A DNA stretch of 64,000 nt. Source: Octopus vulgaris (Eukaryota). Location of the stretch: contig OX597842.1 in the NCBI GenBank assembly GCA_951406725.2, positions 22,444,001-22,508,000 on the forward strand. Direction: 5' to 3'. Within the stretch, counting starts at the first letter, position 1. Each line of letters opens with the position of its first letter. Below the pieces are notes generated by a model that saw only the letters and a program-made list of their open reading frames with translations, had not been told where the DNA came from and did not search any database. The position numbers and the translations under genes are program-made. Shown here piece by piece: positions 12,425-25,688 of this stretch.

Positions 12425-13154
12425 ATAATTTTCGTTAGAAAATACTTATTTTACTAAAAGTTATAATGAAACGAAGCCGTGTGAATTTTCCGAGACTCTT
12501 CTCCCTACCCTCGCAATTTTTTTTTTTTTTTTTCACAACAAATAATCTGAATCTGCAACATCTGAAATGTATTTTTTTCTCTTATTCTATCGGTTCTCTT
12601 TTGCCGAACCGCTAAGTTACAGGGACGTAAACACACCAGCATTGGTTGTCAAGCGATGTTGGGGGGACAAACACAGACACACACATACATATATATCTAT
12701 ATACATATATACGACGGGCTTCTTTCAGTTTCCATGTACCAAATCCACTCACAAGGCTTTGGTCAGCCCGAGGCTAAAGTAGAAGACACTTGCCCAAAGT
12801 GCCACGCAGTGGGACTGAACCCGGAACCATGTGGTTGGTAAACAAGCTACTTACCACACAGCCACTCCTACGTGACTAGAAAATCTCATCAAAACATACT
12901 CATTTTTCTGGAAGTTATGAAGAAACAAAGTCAGGTGGGGGCCATATGTGGAGGTATTCTAAAATAAGTACCAGTTGAGCACTAGGTTTGATGTAATCGA
13001 CTTTCCTCCATCCCAGAAATTAATTTCAGCCCTGTGAATCAGTAAAATTACTATTTTTAATGGCATATTAAAGGCACTTTAATTTCAACAGTATATACTC
13101 TGGACAATGAGTTTTTAGCACATGTAATACAGGCCCAGGTTTCACATTGAGATT

Positions 13155-14370
13155 TGCTGAAGTATGGAACAAACTGCCGGCATCAGTTGTTAGTTGTCGG
13201 AGCACTGCATCCTTCAAAACTTCCATACTTCCTGAGATTCACCAACACTACACCTGATCTTCTCCCCTCCATACACACGCAAGCATGTATCTGACTCATA
13301 CACTGTTCACTTCCCAGACATTTGTACATTACTGCATATGCTTTATACGCACTTTCCGACAAGTTGTGGTGCACCTGAGCACTGTATATAATACACTCCA
13401 TCAGGCATTTGCCATATTCTGAACGCCTTACTTCTCTGGGCATGGACACATTGAAACTCCGATGTCTGGCAGCTAACTTGGCAGACACCCATAAAATTAT
13501 TAACCATCTTAAAAACAATAACTTTGAGCACCTTTTCAAACTCCATCTGTCTAACACTCATGGACATATTTACAAAGTCAGAAAACAGCACAGCTCCCAT
13601 GACTTTCGGAAACATTTTTTCATGCTAAGAGTTGCTGAAGCATGGAACAAACTGCCGGCATCAGTTGTTAGTTGTCGGAGCACTGCACCCTTCAAAACTT
13701 CCATGCTTCCTGAGATTTGCCAACACTACACCTGATCTTTCTCCCCTCCATACACACGCAAGCATGTATCTGACTCATACACTGTTCGTTTTCCAGACAT
13801 TTGTACATTACTGCATATGCTTTATATGCACTTTAGACAAGTCGTGGTGCACCTGAGCACTGTATACAATAATTTCATTATTATTATTATTATTATTATT
13901 ATATACACACACACACACATATATCTGCATTCATATATGCTTTATACACACTTTTGACAAGTTGTGGTGCACCTGAGCAATGTATACAATAATTTCTCTA
14001 TTATTATTATTTAAAAACTTCACCTGTTTAACACCTGTGGATATGTTTACAAAGTCAGAAAACAGCACAGCTCCCATGACTTTCGGAAACATCTTTTCAC
14101 ACTGAGAGTTGCTGAAGCATGGAACAAACTGCCAGCATCAGTTGTTAGTTGTCGGAGCACTGCATCCTTCAAAACTTCCATGCTTTCAGAGATTCGCCAA
14201 CACTACACCTGATCTTTCTCCCCTCCATACACACAAGCAAGCATGTATCTGACTCATACACGTTTTGCTTTCCAGACATTTGTACATTACTATATATGCT
14301 TTATACGCATTTTCTGACAAGTTGTGGTGCACCTGAGCACTGAATACAATTATTTCATTATTATTATCAT
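13155..14370 (+). mobile_element. Tandem 3' fragments of a CR1-like LINE
   Basis: PYSERLTSLG..THGHIYK..RKHFF.LRVAEAWNKLP motif repeated about 3 times, with (ATT)n tails. Confidence 0.8.
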
Positions 14371-14709
14371 ATAGAACCCGAGGTGGGCTTTCTTTCTTTT
14401 TCAAACAAAAGCTTTTTGTATGTCATTAAATATTGTGGTTAAATTATCAAACGAGTACTTATACATAGAAAGAACATGCTTACAACCCGATTATCAAATC
14501 TTCATTTGACATAAGTGACACCTGTGATTTGTTAAACCAATTTAATTATGTTTTGTATTATATTTCATAAACAATTAAACACCATACTCTAAAACTTTTG
14601 TAGATCTTTGGGAACTCCACACAAATAGCTTAAATACTTTATAAACCAATTAGTGACTCCTGATTACAAAAACTAATTTAACTGGTTTATCTACCATTTT
14701 ATAGTTACA

Positions 14710-15303
14710 TATAGCGGCCTCTACCTGGGATGTAGCCAGTCCACTTATGCATACCTTCCTTCTTGGGACACATAACTCTACTTGTGAAGACCTGTTGAGG
14801 CAAGTGAAAATCAAAATCGAAATTGATCAACATCAATGGAATTTGTAGTTGTGATACCAGTGCCGGTGGCACGTAAGAGAACCATCTGAATGTGGCCATA
14901 GCCAGCGCCGCATCGCCTGGCCTCCGTGCCAGTGGCACGTAACAAACACCATCCGATTCGTGGCCGTTGCTAGCCTCACCTGGCCTCCGTGCCAGTAGCA
15001 CGTAAAATGCACCATCTGAGCGTGGCCATTAGCCAGCCTCATCTGGCACCTGTGTCGGTGGCACGTAAAAAGCACCATCCGTTCGTGGCCATTAGCCAGC
15101 CTCATCTGGCACCTGTGTCGGTGGCACGTAAAAAGCACCCACTGCACTCACGGAGTGGTTGGCGTTAGGAAGGGCATCAGGCTGTAGAAACACTGCCAGA
15201 TCAGACTGGGCCTGGTGCAGCCTACTGGCCTCCCACACCCCAGTTGAACCGTCCAACCCATGCTAGCATGGAAAGCAGACGTTAAACAATGATGATGATG
15301 ATG
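14710..15303 (+). mobile_element. SINE-like family D with internal ~60-bp tandem repeats and a (GAT)n tail
   Basis: gtggttggcgttaggaagggcatc block and GAT tail like RTE elements; copies at 7890-8405(-), 19320-19935(-), 59441-59825, 29540-29757. Confidence 0.7.
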
Positions 15304-15501
15304 GTGATATATATAAACAACTGGCTGACGTACCTGGTAATTCCTGGGAAAGCAGGGCTTATCCCTTGGTTCTGTCCTCATAATTGTTTCACTAACCTAA
15401 TAACAACAATAGTGGAGGCACATGGCTTAGTTGTTAGAGCAGTGGACTTGCGGTCGAGGGATCACGGGTTCGAATCTCAGACCAGGCGATGTTTGTGTTT
15501 T

Positions 15502-15533
<32 letters not shown>

Positions 15534-15732
15534 AATATTAGGGAGTAAATCCAAACTTAGAAGGAAAAATTAGATTTAGGATTAAATCTAATTTTACAGT
15601 ATAAATATAAATTAAATTAGAGATAAAACCACTATTAGGCAAATCAATTATATTAATTAATTTTATTTCTATGTTTTGGTTTATGTTTTTTCACTGTTTG
15701 ATTTGCCTAATAGTGGTTTTATCTCTAATTTA

Positions 15733-15782
<50 letters not shown>

Positions 15783-15852
15783 GAGACCGCGTGTGTACCG
15801 TTTGCGATTTTTTTCCTCTGTCTTCCCTTCTCTGGATCTTTCCTTCTTCTAT

Positions 15853-15887
15853 GTTTCCGACGAAGAGCTCCGCTTGAAACGTTAAAC
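15853..15887 (+). ncRNA. Minimal type-I hammerhead-ribozyme-like motif (degenerate copy)
   Basis: gttt-CCGACGAA-gagc tcc gctt-GAA-acgt-T-aaac: stems I/II/III can form; core has U4>C and an extra A. Confidence 0.4.
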
Positions 15888-16080
15888 CCTCCTTCTTTCC
15901 TTCTTTCCTGAGCCTCCAATAATACTATGTGTGTGTGTGTGTGTGTGTGTACATACACACAGACACACGTATGCACGTGCACACATCTTGGAAAGGAATG
16001 GATGTAGTCAGGGAATTCAATTGTTTGGTATGTATCTTTAGCAAAGTAACCATTTTAGAAGAAATATAATTAAATGTCCC

Positions 16081-16170
16081 CTATTGAATCTTTTATTATT
16101 TAGTATCTTCCATATCTTACATTCTTCTTTCTCTTTTATTTCAGAATATCAGATGAGATTGGCATTAAAG
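16081..16170 (+). promoter_or_regulatory. 3' splice acceptor of ZNF2 (AG at 16143-16144)
   Basis: ttctctcttttatttcag|aatatcagatg. Confidence 0.7.
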
Positions 16171-16835
16171 AATTTCTGTTACATCAAATAACATGATTAA
16201 TATTGAGCACCTATTAAAGACCAAAAGAAGTTCTACTGAACAGGTGTAAACCTATTTATATAAATCTATGTTATGCATTACTGTAGACTACTTGCCCAGG
16301 ACTGAAATTAATCGCAGAATTTCCCTTTCTATTTTTCTGGAGTGTGTGCAAAATGCATGCCTATCGCTAAGGGGGTGCACTTGATGGCACTGCCTTTTCA
16401 CTATTCAATGGTTCACTCTCAGATTTGGAAAATACAGTTTACAAAAATTTTTAAAGTGACCCTCCAGAATATTCTGAAGCATCCCCAGGCACCGAGGTCT
16501 GGTGACAGGCTTGATGAAATGTTTCTACATGGTGTTTAACCCTTTAGCATTTAAACCCCGGCCAAAAGTATTCTGCCTGTTTTATGTTCAAACTGACCAG
16601 ATCTGGCTTCTCGATGCTACCCAACAATGTCATTCTAAAAATTAAGGGTTGCCCCATCAAAATATCAAAGCCACAAGATAATGCATGATTAGTTCAAAAC
16701 AATGTGGATAAAAAAGGATTAATTTTGGCAGAATAATGCGAACACTAAAGGATTAAATTTGGGTTATGGTGTGCTAATACTGCAAAAAAAAAAAAAAAAA
16801 AACATATATTGTGGCCGTAAGCAAAGAACTGGAAA

Positions 16836-17849
16836 ATGAATTGTGAGAACAAGGTTCAATACTCAGTGCAGTGTAAAAATATTGACACCCCTGATGATGT
16901 TAAGAAAGAGGAAGGAAAAATATTGTTATACCCTTGTGATATCTGTGGTAAACCATTCTCTCAAAAAATAAACTTGACTACACACAGACGTATTCATACG
17001 GGAGAGAAACTACACCATTGTGATATCTGTGGTAAATCATTCTCTCAGAATATTCACTTAACTCGGCATAAATATGTTCACACTGGAGAGAAACCATATT
17101 ATTGTGATATCTGTGGTAAATCTTTCTCTCAGAATGCTCACTTGACCAGTCATAAGCGTATTCATACAGGAGAGAAACCGTATCGCTGCGAAATCTGTGA
17201 TAAGTCATTTTCTCAAATAAGTTGCTTAACTAGACACAAACTCATTCATACAGGGGAAAAACCATTTCAGTGTGACGTCTGCAGTAAATCATTCTCTCAA
17301 ATAAATTATTTAACTCGACATAAACACATTCACACAGGAGAGAAGCCATATCACTGTGATATCTGTGGAAAATCATTCTCTCAAATAAACCACTTGAATA
17401 CACATCAACGCATTCACACAGGTGAGAAACCATATTACTGCGATATCTGTGGTAAATCATTCTCTCAAAAGGATAGCATAAATATCCACAAGCGTATTCA
17501 TACGGGAGAGAAACCCTATCACTGTGATATCTGTGGCAAATCTTTTTCACAAAGTAATGATTTAACTAAACACAAGCGTATTCATACAGGAGAAAAGCCA
17601 TATCATTGTGATATCTGTGGTAAACCATTCTCCCAGAAAGATAACCTGAGTACTCACAAACTTATTCATACAGGAGAGAAACCATATCATTGTGATATTT
17701 GTGGTAAATCATTCTCCAAGAAGGTTGTTTTAGTTACTCACGAACGTATTCATACAGGAGAGAAACCATACCACTGTGATCTTTGTGGTAAATCGTTTTC
17801 TCAAAAAAGCAACTTATCCAGACATGTGGATATTCACACGAAACAGTAA
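16836..17849 (+). CDS. C2H2 zinc-finger protein (ZNF2), 11 fingers
   Basis: ATG-initiated 337-aa ORF with 11 tandem fingers and canonical linkers. Confidence 0.92.
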   Translation: MNCENKVQYSVQCKNIDTPDDVKKEEGKILLYPCDICGKPFSQKINLTTHRRIHTGEKLHHCDICGKSFSQNIHLTRHKYVHTGEKPYYCDICGKSFSQNAHLTSHKRIHTGEKPYRCEICDKSFSQISCLTRHKLIHTGEKPFQCDVCSKSFSQINYLTRHKHIHTGEKPYHCDICGKSFSQINHLNTHQRIHTGEKPYYCDICGKSFSQKDSINIHKRIHTGEKPYHCDICGKSFSQSNDLTKHKRIHTGEKPYHCDICGKPFSQKDNLSTHKLIHTGEKPYHCDICGKSFSKKVVLVTHERIHTGEKPYHCDLCGKSFSQKSNLSRHVDIHTKQ

Positions 17850-17994
17850 TTGTGAAGGCACATGGCTTAGTGGTTAGGGGTGTTCGGTTCATGATTGGAA
17901 GGTTATGAGTTCACATCCTGACACCATGTTCTGTCCTTGAGCAAGACACTTATTTCATATTTACTCAGTCCACTCAGCTGGCAAAAATGAGTAG

Positions 17995-18286
17995 TACCAT
18001 AAATCCTCAAGTATAATCCGTATTTTACCCCCAAAATTTAAAGGTCAAAATCCTTAGTACATACTACATACGAGGTTAAAAATGAAAAATAAATGTCTGT
18101 CCTCAAATGTAATTAATTGTAATTAAACAGGCCTACCTGCAAAACTACTGCACACCTGTCTTTGCTTTCTCATAACTTAGAGTGAAATGAATATTTTTAA
18201 ATGAAATTTTCAGGTGGTGTAGATTACAATTATATCATGAATAAAATTTGGTGCGCACACATACATACTGATATACATCACATATA

Positions 18287-18332
<46 letters not shown>

Positions 18333-18440
18333 GTAAATCTTCGAGTATAATCTGCTTTTTTTCCCCAAAATTTAAAGGTCAAAATCCCTAGTGCATACTA
18401 TATACGAGGTTAAAAATGAAAAATATTTTCTAAGCAATGT
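17995..18440. repeat. Direct duplication of a DNA-transposon-like terminus (TACCGTAAAT..GAGTATAATC)
   Basis: 17995-18090 matches 18329-18425. Confidence 0.5.
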
Positions 18441-19934
18441 CCGAGTATCTATTTACCAAATCCACTCACAAGGCTTTGGTGGGCCCGAGGCTATAGTAGA
18501 AGACACTTGCCCAAGGTGCCACGCAGTAGGACTGAACCCAGAACCATGTAGTTCGTAAGCAAGCTACTTACCACACAGCCACTCCTATGTCCATTGATCA
18601 GATCGACTGGAACCCTTTTCATCATAACCAGTGGAATACCAGTTATAGTAACTATTGGGGTTGTACTAAGTACACTGCAACACATTTACTGTTTATTTTT
18701 TGTTGAATAAATTTGTTTTCTTTATTCTCATTGGTTTGACTTGTAATTTTATGAATATTGATACCTTTATGTGGGGCAATTTAGTTATTTTATTTCAAGG
18801 CGGCTAGCTGGCAGAAACCTTAGCACGCCGGGCGAAATGCTCAGCAGTATTTCGTTTGCCGTTACGTTCTGAGTTCAAATTCCGCCGAGGTCGACTTTGC
18901 CTTTCATCCTTTTGGGGTCGATAAATTAAGTACCAGTTACACACTGGGGTCGATGTAATCGACTTAATCCGTTTGTTTAGCCCCTGTGGATAGTAAAGAA
19001 ATAGGTATTTCGCGTGTCTTTAAGTTCTGAGTTCAAATTCCACCGAGGTCGACTTTGCCTTTCATCCTTTCAGGGTCGATAAATTGAGTACCTGTTGCAT
19101 ACTGGGGTCGATCTAATCGACTAGCCCCCCTCCCCCAAAATTTCAAGCCTTGTACCTAGAGGAGAAAAGAGTTTAGTTATTTTATCAATGAACAGCATGG
19201 GGGAGGGAGACCCAGGAAGACATGGAATGGAATTTTGAAGGCTAATCTCAAAATGCTGAGCCTTACAAAGGAGATGATAGGGGTCCAAGATATGTGGTCC
19301 TTTGATGTATTTGCAAAGATCATCATCATCATTTAACGTCTGCTTTCCATGCTGGCATGGGTTGGACGATTTGACTGAGGACTGGCGAACCAAATGGCTG
19401 CACCAGGCTCCAGTCTGATCTGGCAGTGTTTCTACAGCTGGATACCCTTCCTAATGCCAACCACTCCGAGAGTGTAGTGGGTGCTTTTACGTACCACCAG
19501 CATGAGAGCCAGTCAGGCGATACTGGCAACGCCATGCTCAAATCGTGCTTTTTTTGTGCCACCTGCACAGGAGCCAGTCGAGCGGCACTGGCAACGACCT
19601 TGCTCGAATGTTTTTTCATGTGCCACCAGCACAAGTACCAGTAAGGTGATGCAGGTAATGATCATGCTTGAATGGTGTTTTTTACGTGCCACTGGCACAG
19701 AGGCCAGCTTGTTGCTCTGGCCACGATCACACTCCTATGGTACTCTTAGCACTCCACTAGCATGGATGCCAGTCATCAAATTTGATTTCACTTGCCTCAA
19801 CAGGTCTTCGCAAGCAGAGTTTAGTGTCCAATGAAGGAAAATTACACAGAAGTGAGCTGGTTACACCCCTGACATAGGCCACAAGGTTATGGTCTCACTT
19901 GAGCTTGCCGAGTCTTCACAAGCACAGCATATTT

Positions 19935-21990
19935 CCATTGATGACCTTTGGCCTCAACACCTCAAGGATGGTATCTCCTTATCAGCCAGCGATGCCGGAC
20001 TTGAGCTCATGGAGAATTTGACTCAGTTTATGAACCAGTTCTCTTCTGCCCACTATTCTTTAATGCAAAATTATTCAGACTCAATAAATCCAATGGAGAC
20101 CTGTGCCTCATTGCAGTCAGCTTCCCGCTTTGCTGTCTCACTACAAAGGTGTGCTTACAATTGGTCTCCAGCTTATTGGAGGAGGAATTTTCCCACCACT
20201 AGCTGGGAGTGGGCACCAAATTAGGATGTGAAGCTGCTGTTCACACTACCAGCGCCTATGCAAACTTTCCCTCCTTACTACCCAAGGTCATCCTCAAACT
20301 GACCTTAAGAATGCCTTCAACTCCATCAGCTGCGATGCTGTTCTCAGCTCAGTGAGAGAGGTCCCACAAGTCTACCACCTTGCATGCAGGCTTATCAGGA
20401 GCCCTCCTATCTCTCTTTCGGTGACCAATTCATCACCTCCACCTCCAAAAGTGTACCGCCAGACAGGGTTCTCACCGTTGCAAACACGATGGTCTGGGAG
20501 CTTGGTCACAGGGGTCTCCAAGTAAACAGTTCTAAATGTGAGCTCCAGATCTTCAACCACCCGGCTTCTCAACATCACGCAACAACCTTTTTGCAGAGTC
20601 CTTCCCTTCCATTACAATCCCTCCCCCATAAGCTTGGTACCCCCTTGGAGTCCCAATCACTGACCTTGCCTTTGAGTCTATCTTCCATTCATAAGTGGCT
20701 GCCCTTGTGTAATTGCTGAAAGATATTGAAGCTATCGAACCCCATCAAAGTTTTTTCATATCTAGAAATTATCCCTCGATCCCTAAGCTTCTATATTTAC
20801 TCAGAGTCAGCTCATCTTACTGATTCCCATTGTGTTTCCAATGCTTCAACGACCTAATCTTTGAGAGACTCAAATGTTTAGTCAATGTCAGACTCTCTCC
20901 AACATCCTGCGATCAGGCTGCATTGTCCAAGCGATTTGGAAGTCTTGGTCTTTGTAAGTGTTCGTCCCTCTCTCTCCCCTGCTTCCTTTCCGCCACCCAT
21001 ACCTGCTACACCCTGGTGAGCAACATCCTCTCCTCTCAAACATGGACCAGTTCCAACAGTAAGTTGGAAGAATCTCTCCAACACTAGGGGGAAATCAGGC
21101 TTGTCTGCTCCTGGGAAGATGGAGGATTGTCGTAATCAGAGAGCTTGGAACAACATAATTTTGAAGGCCACCTTCGACTCCTTCTTCATCCAATTGGACC
21201 AGTTTTCAAGGTGCCGCTTACTGTCTCTTCGCGTGAAATACTCAGGCAACTGGATTGATGCCCTCCCTGTGGCTAATGTTGGTGGTCTACTCAGCTTGGA
21301 TGAACTTCATGTCTCATTTGCACTCAGAGTGGGAGCTGACGTATGCACAGGTTTGATCTGTTGTGGCAGGATCCTTGACTCTACAGGTCTCCATCGTCTT
21401 TCTTGCTGCCTAAATTCTAGTTGCTTCATGCGTCATACAGAGTTGAACCTGATACTTAAGAGGAGTTTGGCCAAGGCAAACATCCCCTCCATCTTGGAAC
21501 CATTTGGATTGTCCAGATGTAATGGGAAGAGACCTGACTTCCTCACCCTCTGCTCCTGGTTGCAAGGCAGATGCCTTCTCTGGGATGTCACAGTTAGCGA
21601 CTCCTTAGCTTCTTCTCGCATCCTGGATGCTGCAGACAAGGCGAGATCCACAGCTTCTGCAGTCGAGTGGAAGAAAATCCTGAAATACCATGCTCTGTCG
21701 GTCAGCTTTATTTTCCATCCTTTGACATTCGAGACGTTTGGTGGCGAGATTCCTGTCTTCACCGGCAACTCGCCTTGCAGAGGTAACTGGTGGGGCTCGT
21801 GAGGGTGCTTGGCTGTTCCAGCGCATCAGCCTCACCATCACCCATGGCAACGCTGCAAGCATGCTGGCCTGCCTGAATTGCCCTTAGAAAGGTTTCCCAA
21901 TGCCGCCACCCCAAGTTTTCAACAAAAGGTGGTGAATTGTTTTGTTTTGTTTTTTTCTGGGTTTTTTCTTTCTCTCTTTTCTTTTTAATT
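19935..21990 (+). mobile_element. Decayed RLE-type non-LTR retrotransposon (CRE-like)
   Basis: frameshifted RT pieces (QLGVGTKLGCEAAVH, DLKNAFNS) and C-terminal RH..KRPD..LLWDVT..ETFG..FQRIS..GNAA restriction-like endonuclease. Confidence 0.75.
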
Positions 21991-22083
21991 TTTTTCAGTT
22001 GTGTTCTGTTTTGTCCAATTTTCTAATTCAATTTTATAAAACAGTAAACACTGTGACGGCTTTAAACTTTTATCTGTAAAATA

Positions 22084-22460
22084 GGCGCAGGAGTGGCTGT
22101 GTGGTAAGTAGCTTGCTTACCAACCACATGGTTCCGGGTCCAGTCCCACTGCGTGGCACCTTGGGCAAGTGTCTTCTACTATAGCCCCGGGCCGACCAAT
22201 GCCTTGTGAGTGGATTTGGTAGACGGAAACTGAAAGAAGCTCGTTGTATATATGTATATATATATGTGTGTCTGTGTTTGTCCCCCTAGCATTGCTTGAC
22301 AACCGATGCTGGTGTGTTTACGTCGCCATCACTTAGCAGTTCGGCAAAAGAGACCGATAGAATAAGTACTGGGCTTACAAAGAATAAGTCCTCATGTCGA
22401 TTTCCTCGACTAAAGGCGGTGCTCCAGCATGGCCGCAGTCAAATGGTTGAAACAATTAAA
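22084..22460 (+). mobile_element. SINE family A (tRNA-like head, CORE-like segment, central (TA)n, LINE-like tail), representative copy
   Basis: A box TGGCTGTGTGG, B box GGGTCCAGTCCC; about 20 copies, e.g. 4365-4725(-), 5262-5800, 12582-12870(-), 24815-25150(-), 25489-26015, 39584-40072, 46203-46757(-), 53968-54552, 55904-56637(-), 60882-61318. Confidence 0.85.
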
Positions 22461-22532
22461 GGAATATATATTCATTCCGTTTTCCTGCAATTGTCCTTTT
22501 AACTTCATAAACCGTATTCTCTTATTTTATAA

Positions 22533-22905
22533 TCTCTATATATATAAAGCTGAAGTTGTCTGTGTATGGCAGGTTTGGTAACCTTCAACTAACAATATCT
22601 CCTCCGAGACCCTGTGGCGCAAGTTGACTAAAATTGAGAGTATGATAGAAGAAGGCTTGCTCTTCATTCCGTAGAAGAAAAAAATTCAAATCGGACCATG
22701 TTAAGATTTAAAATTATTTACATCAAAAAGGTGCTTTTTTTCTATGGCAATCCCTGTTTTTTACAATTTTTTTCGGTGTATTTCAACCAGAAAAATGTTC
22801 ACTTAAAGAGAATAACAAGCTACATAATGCAAAATTTTTACTTTTCAAAAATTCCAATTCTAAAGGGTTGAAACAAACCCGAGCAACGCAGGGCGATACT
22901 GCTAG
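22533..22905 (+). mobile_element. Non-autonomous Helitron-like element
   Basis: A|TC start, subterminal hairpin (cccgagcaacgcaggg), CTAG|T end; other copies at 40073-40465, 42214-42491(-), 23788-23851. Confidence 0.7.
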
Positions 22906-22966
22906 TTATCTAAAAGTAGGACCCTAGGAAATTCTACAAAATACAAAAAAAAAAATGTAAGCATCT

Positions 22967-23193
22967 TTAACCCTTTAGTATTTAAACCGGCCATATCCGG
23001 CCAAAATATTTAATCTGTTTTATGTTCAAACTGACCAGATCCAGGCTCTCACACCTACCCTACAATGTTATTCTACATTAAGTAATTACACCATTAAGCT
23101 CTTGAAGATATGAGATAATGCATGATTAATTCAAATCAATGGGAATCAATAGGCATTATGTTTGTTTGAATAATATGAACACTAAAGGGTTAA
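22967..23193. mobile_element. Second TTAA MITE family (other copy 16536-16756)
   Basis: TTAACCCTTTAG...CTAAAGGGTTAA. Confidence 0.75.
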
Positions 23194-23904
23194 AAGTAAC
23201 TTCCAATTACAGAGTAATAAAGTAAAATTAATATCCAATATTGGCTGAGGACCCAGTATATAGAATTTGGTAATTAATTATATTGTAGGAAAGTAAAAGT
23301 AACATCCAAAATTTACTATGGTTATGTATCTGTCTATGCTGAAAATACTGATAAACATTTAAAAACAAAATGAATGCCACCTTCCTTTCAGTCATCTCTC
23401 ACTTCCTCCGTTTCCTTCTCTCTCGTTTCTGCATAACACTTTTTATTTCTCTTCTTTCTACCTCTCCTTTCAACTGTACAAAAGTAACAGTAACATCCAC
23501 AGCTATTTGCTGAGAGAGACAGACAGACAGGGAGAGAGGGTGTGTTAGAGAGAGAGAGAGAGAGGCAGGCAGGCAGACCGGTAGATAGATACATGGTAGA
23601 TACAAGTTATTTCTATATTAAGTCAACAAGCTCCTTTTGAGTGTTGGGCCTTGTGGAGGCAATAACCAAGATCTTTGGCATTATGACATGCTTCAGAAGT
23701 CAACTCATCAAGTCAAGTAAAATCGCAGTCGTGGCAGATACTTATTTCCCTACTACCCACAAGGGGCTAAACACAGAGCGGACAAACTTTTCAAAAATTC
23801 CATTCTAAAGGGTCGAAACAAACCCGAGCAACGCCGGGTGATATACTGCTAGTAATTAATAAACCAACTCTCTTTTAACGTGAGGTAAATAAACTTTCTA
23901 AATT

Positions 23905-24213
23905 TAGAGTTACTCCCTCTTGACAACCGCCAAACTTTCCCACAAATCTTCCTTCCCATTGTTTGATCCACGTGTATATTACTGGATAACGTCTACGATA
24001 TTTAGCTGAGCTGTAATTAAACATACATGACTGATAACCAACTGTATACAGAAATTAGCTACACATTCTTTATTACGTTGATCTCAAAATGTATGGCAAC
24101 ATTTGTGATGAAATCTTCTAGAGAGCTGTCAATGTCTACCTTGGCTTAAGTTCTGGTTTCTTGATCATATCGTGACACATCTTTGTTCGATCTACATCCA
24201 TGCGTTTGTAAGT
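23905..24213 (+). promoter_or_regulatory. Candidate promoter/non-coding first exon of ZNF3, donor GTAAGT at 24208
   Basis: shares gagttact.., gatatttagc.gag..taattaaa and agctgtca.tgtct blocks with 10850-11299. Confidence 0.5.
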
Positions 24214-24335
24214 AATATCTCTATAATTATCTATAAATATCTGTGTTGTATAAGTGTTATTTTGTGTAGATCTCTTTGTTTTGATGCGTTCAGTAAAGAC
24301 AATGCAAAACAGCGGAAGAAAACGGAGTAGAAATT

Positions 24336-24632
24336 GGTACTACTTGAGAACAGTGGTCCCGGTGCGCGCACTCGCATAGTCGCGCATCCGCGCTAGCTAG
24401 TCGTAAGTAGTCGATCCTACAACGACTAGCAAAGTAAATAAAATACAAAGTAAACCCTGACCCTAATTTTTTAACCCTAACCCTAGTTTTGTTTATAAAG
24501 ATAATTAATTTACTTTGTTCGAAAAATATTATTTAATTTCCTTTGATATGAATTCAGCCTTGTAATACAAACATACGCGCAAGTCGTTGTAGGATCGACT
24601 GCGCACCGGGACCACTGTTCGCTAGTAGTACC
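24336..24632. mobile_element. CpG-rich MITE family M3 (GGTACTACT termini; 8-bp TSD tagaaatt)
   Basis: inverted termini and a perfect TSD. Confidence 0.85.
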
Positions 24633-25649
24633 TAGAAATTTAAGAAAATAAGGGTGCTACTTTAGCTTTGCTACGAGTTCATGTTTATATCATATAACGA
24701 ATTGAATAACTTAGATTAACTGAGTTTATCTATTGTTGTCTAATACGTTTTTGTTTCGTTGTCCGTTTGTTGCTCCTTTCCGATTTTTTTTTATTCTCTG
24801 CGTTTTATTGGTTTGGAGCACCGCCTTTAGTCGAGCAAATCGAACCCGGGACTTATTCTTTGTAAGCCCAGTACTTATTCTATCGGTCTCTTTTGCCGAA
24901 CCGCTAAGTTACGGGGACGTAAACACACCAGCATCGGTTGTCAAGCAATGCTAGGAGGACAAACACTGACACACACACACATACATATATACGACAGGCT
25001 TCTTTCAGTTTCCATCTACCAAATCCACTCACAAGGCATTGGTCGGCCCGGGGCTATAGTAGAAGACACTTGCCCAAGGTGCCACGCAGTGGGACTGAAT
25101 CCGGAACCATGTGGTTGGTTAGCAAGCTACTTACCACACAGCCACTCCTTCAGAAATGTAAACAAAGTCACGTGTGTACATATACCGAAGCATCGCCACA
25201 TACCCTAACCCAAACCTTAACCCCCCATATATAAAAAAATCCCTTTTTGAAATGTATCCGGTACTTATACCGTAAGATCGCCCAAACTTGTCAAAATCTC
25301 AGGCATTTTTTTGATATAACACGACTAAATCAAAACATTTGACTTCGGGTATTTCTGTAGAAGCAAATGACAGTTCGATTCTGTTTTCTGCTTTATTTAA
25401 ACAAATTACAGGGGATGTTCACCACAGAGAAAGTTCACCGCCATCGATACACTATGTGAGGAAAGTCTACTGAGAAAATATATCCATAGGTGCAGGAGTG
25501 GCTGTGTGGTAAGTAGCTTGTTTACCAACCACATTATCTGGGCTCAGTCCCACTGCATGGCACCTTGGGCAAGTGTCTTCTACTATAGCCTCGGGCCGAC
25601 CAAAGCCTTGTGAGTGGATTTGGTAGATGGAAACTGAAAGAAGCCCGTC

Positions 25650-25688
<39 letters not shown>

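Noticed and set aside
22117-22302. Recurrent peptide ..[34 protein letters not shown] in many short ORFs
   Set aside because: Translation of SINE A antisense; recurrence reflects repeat copies, not a gene family
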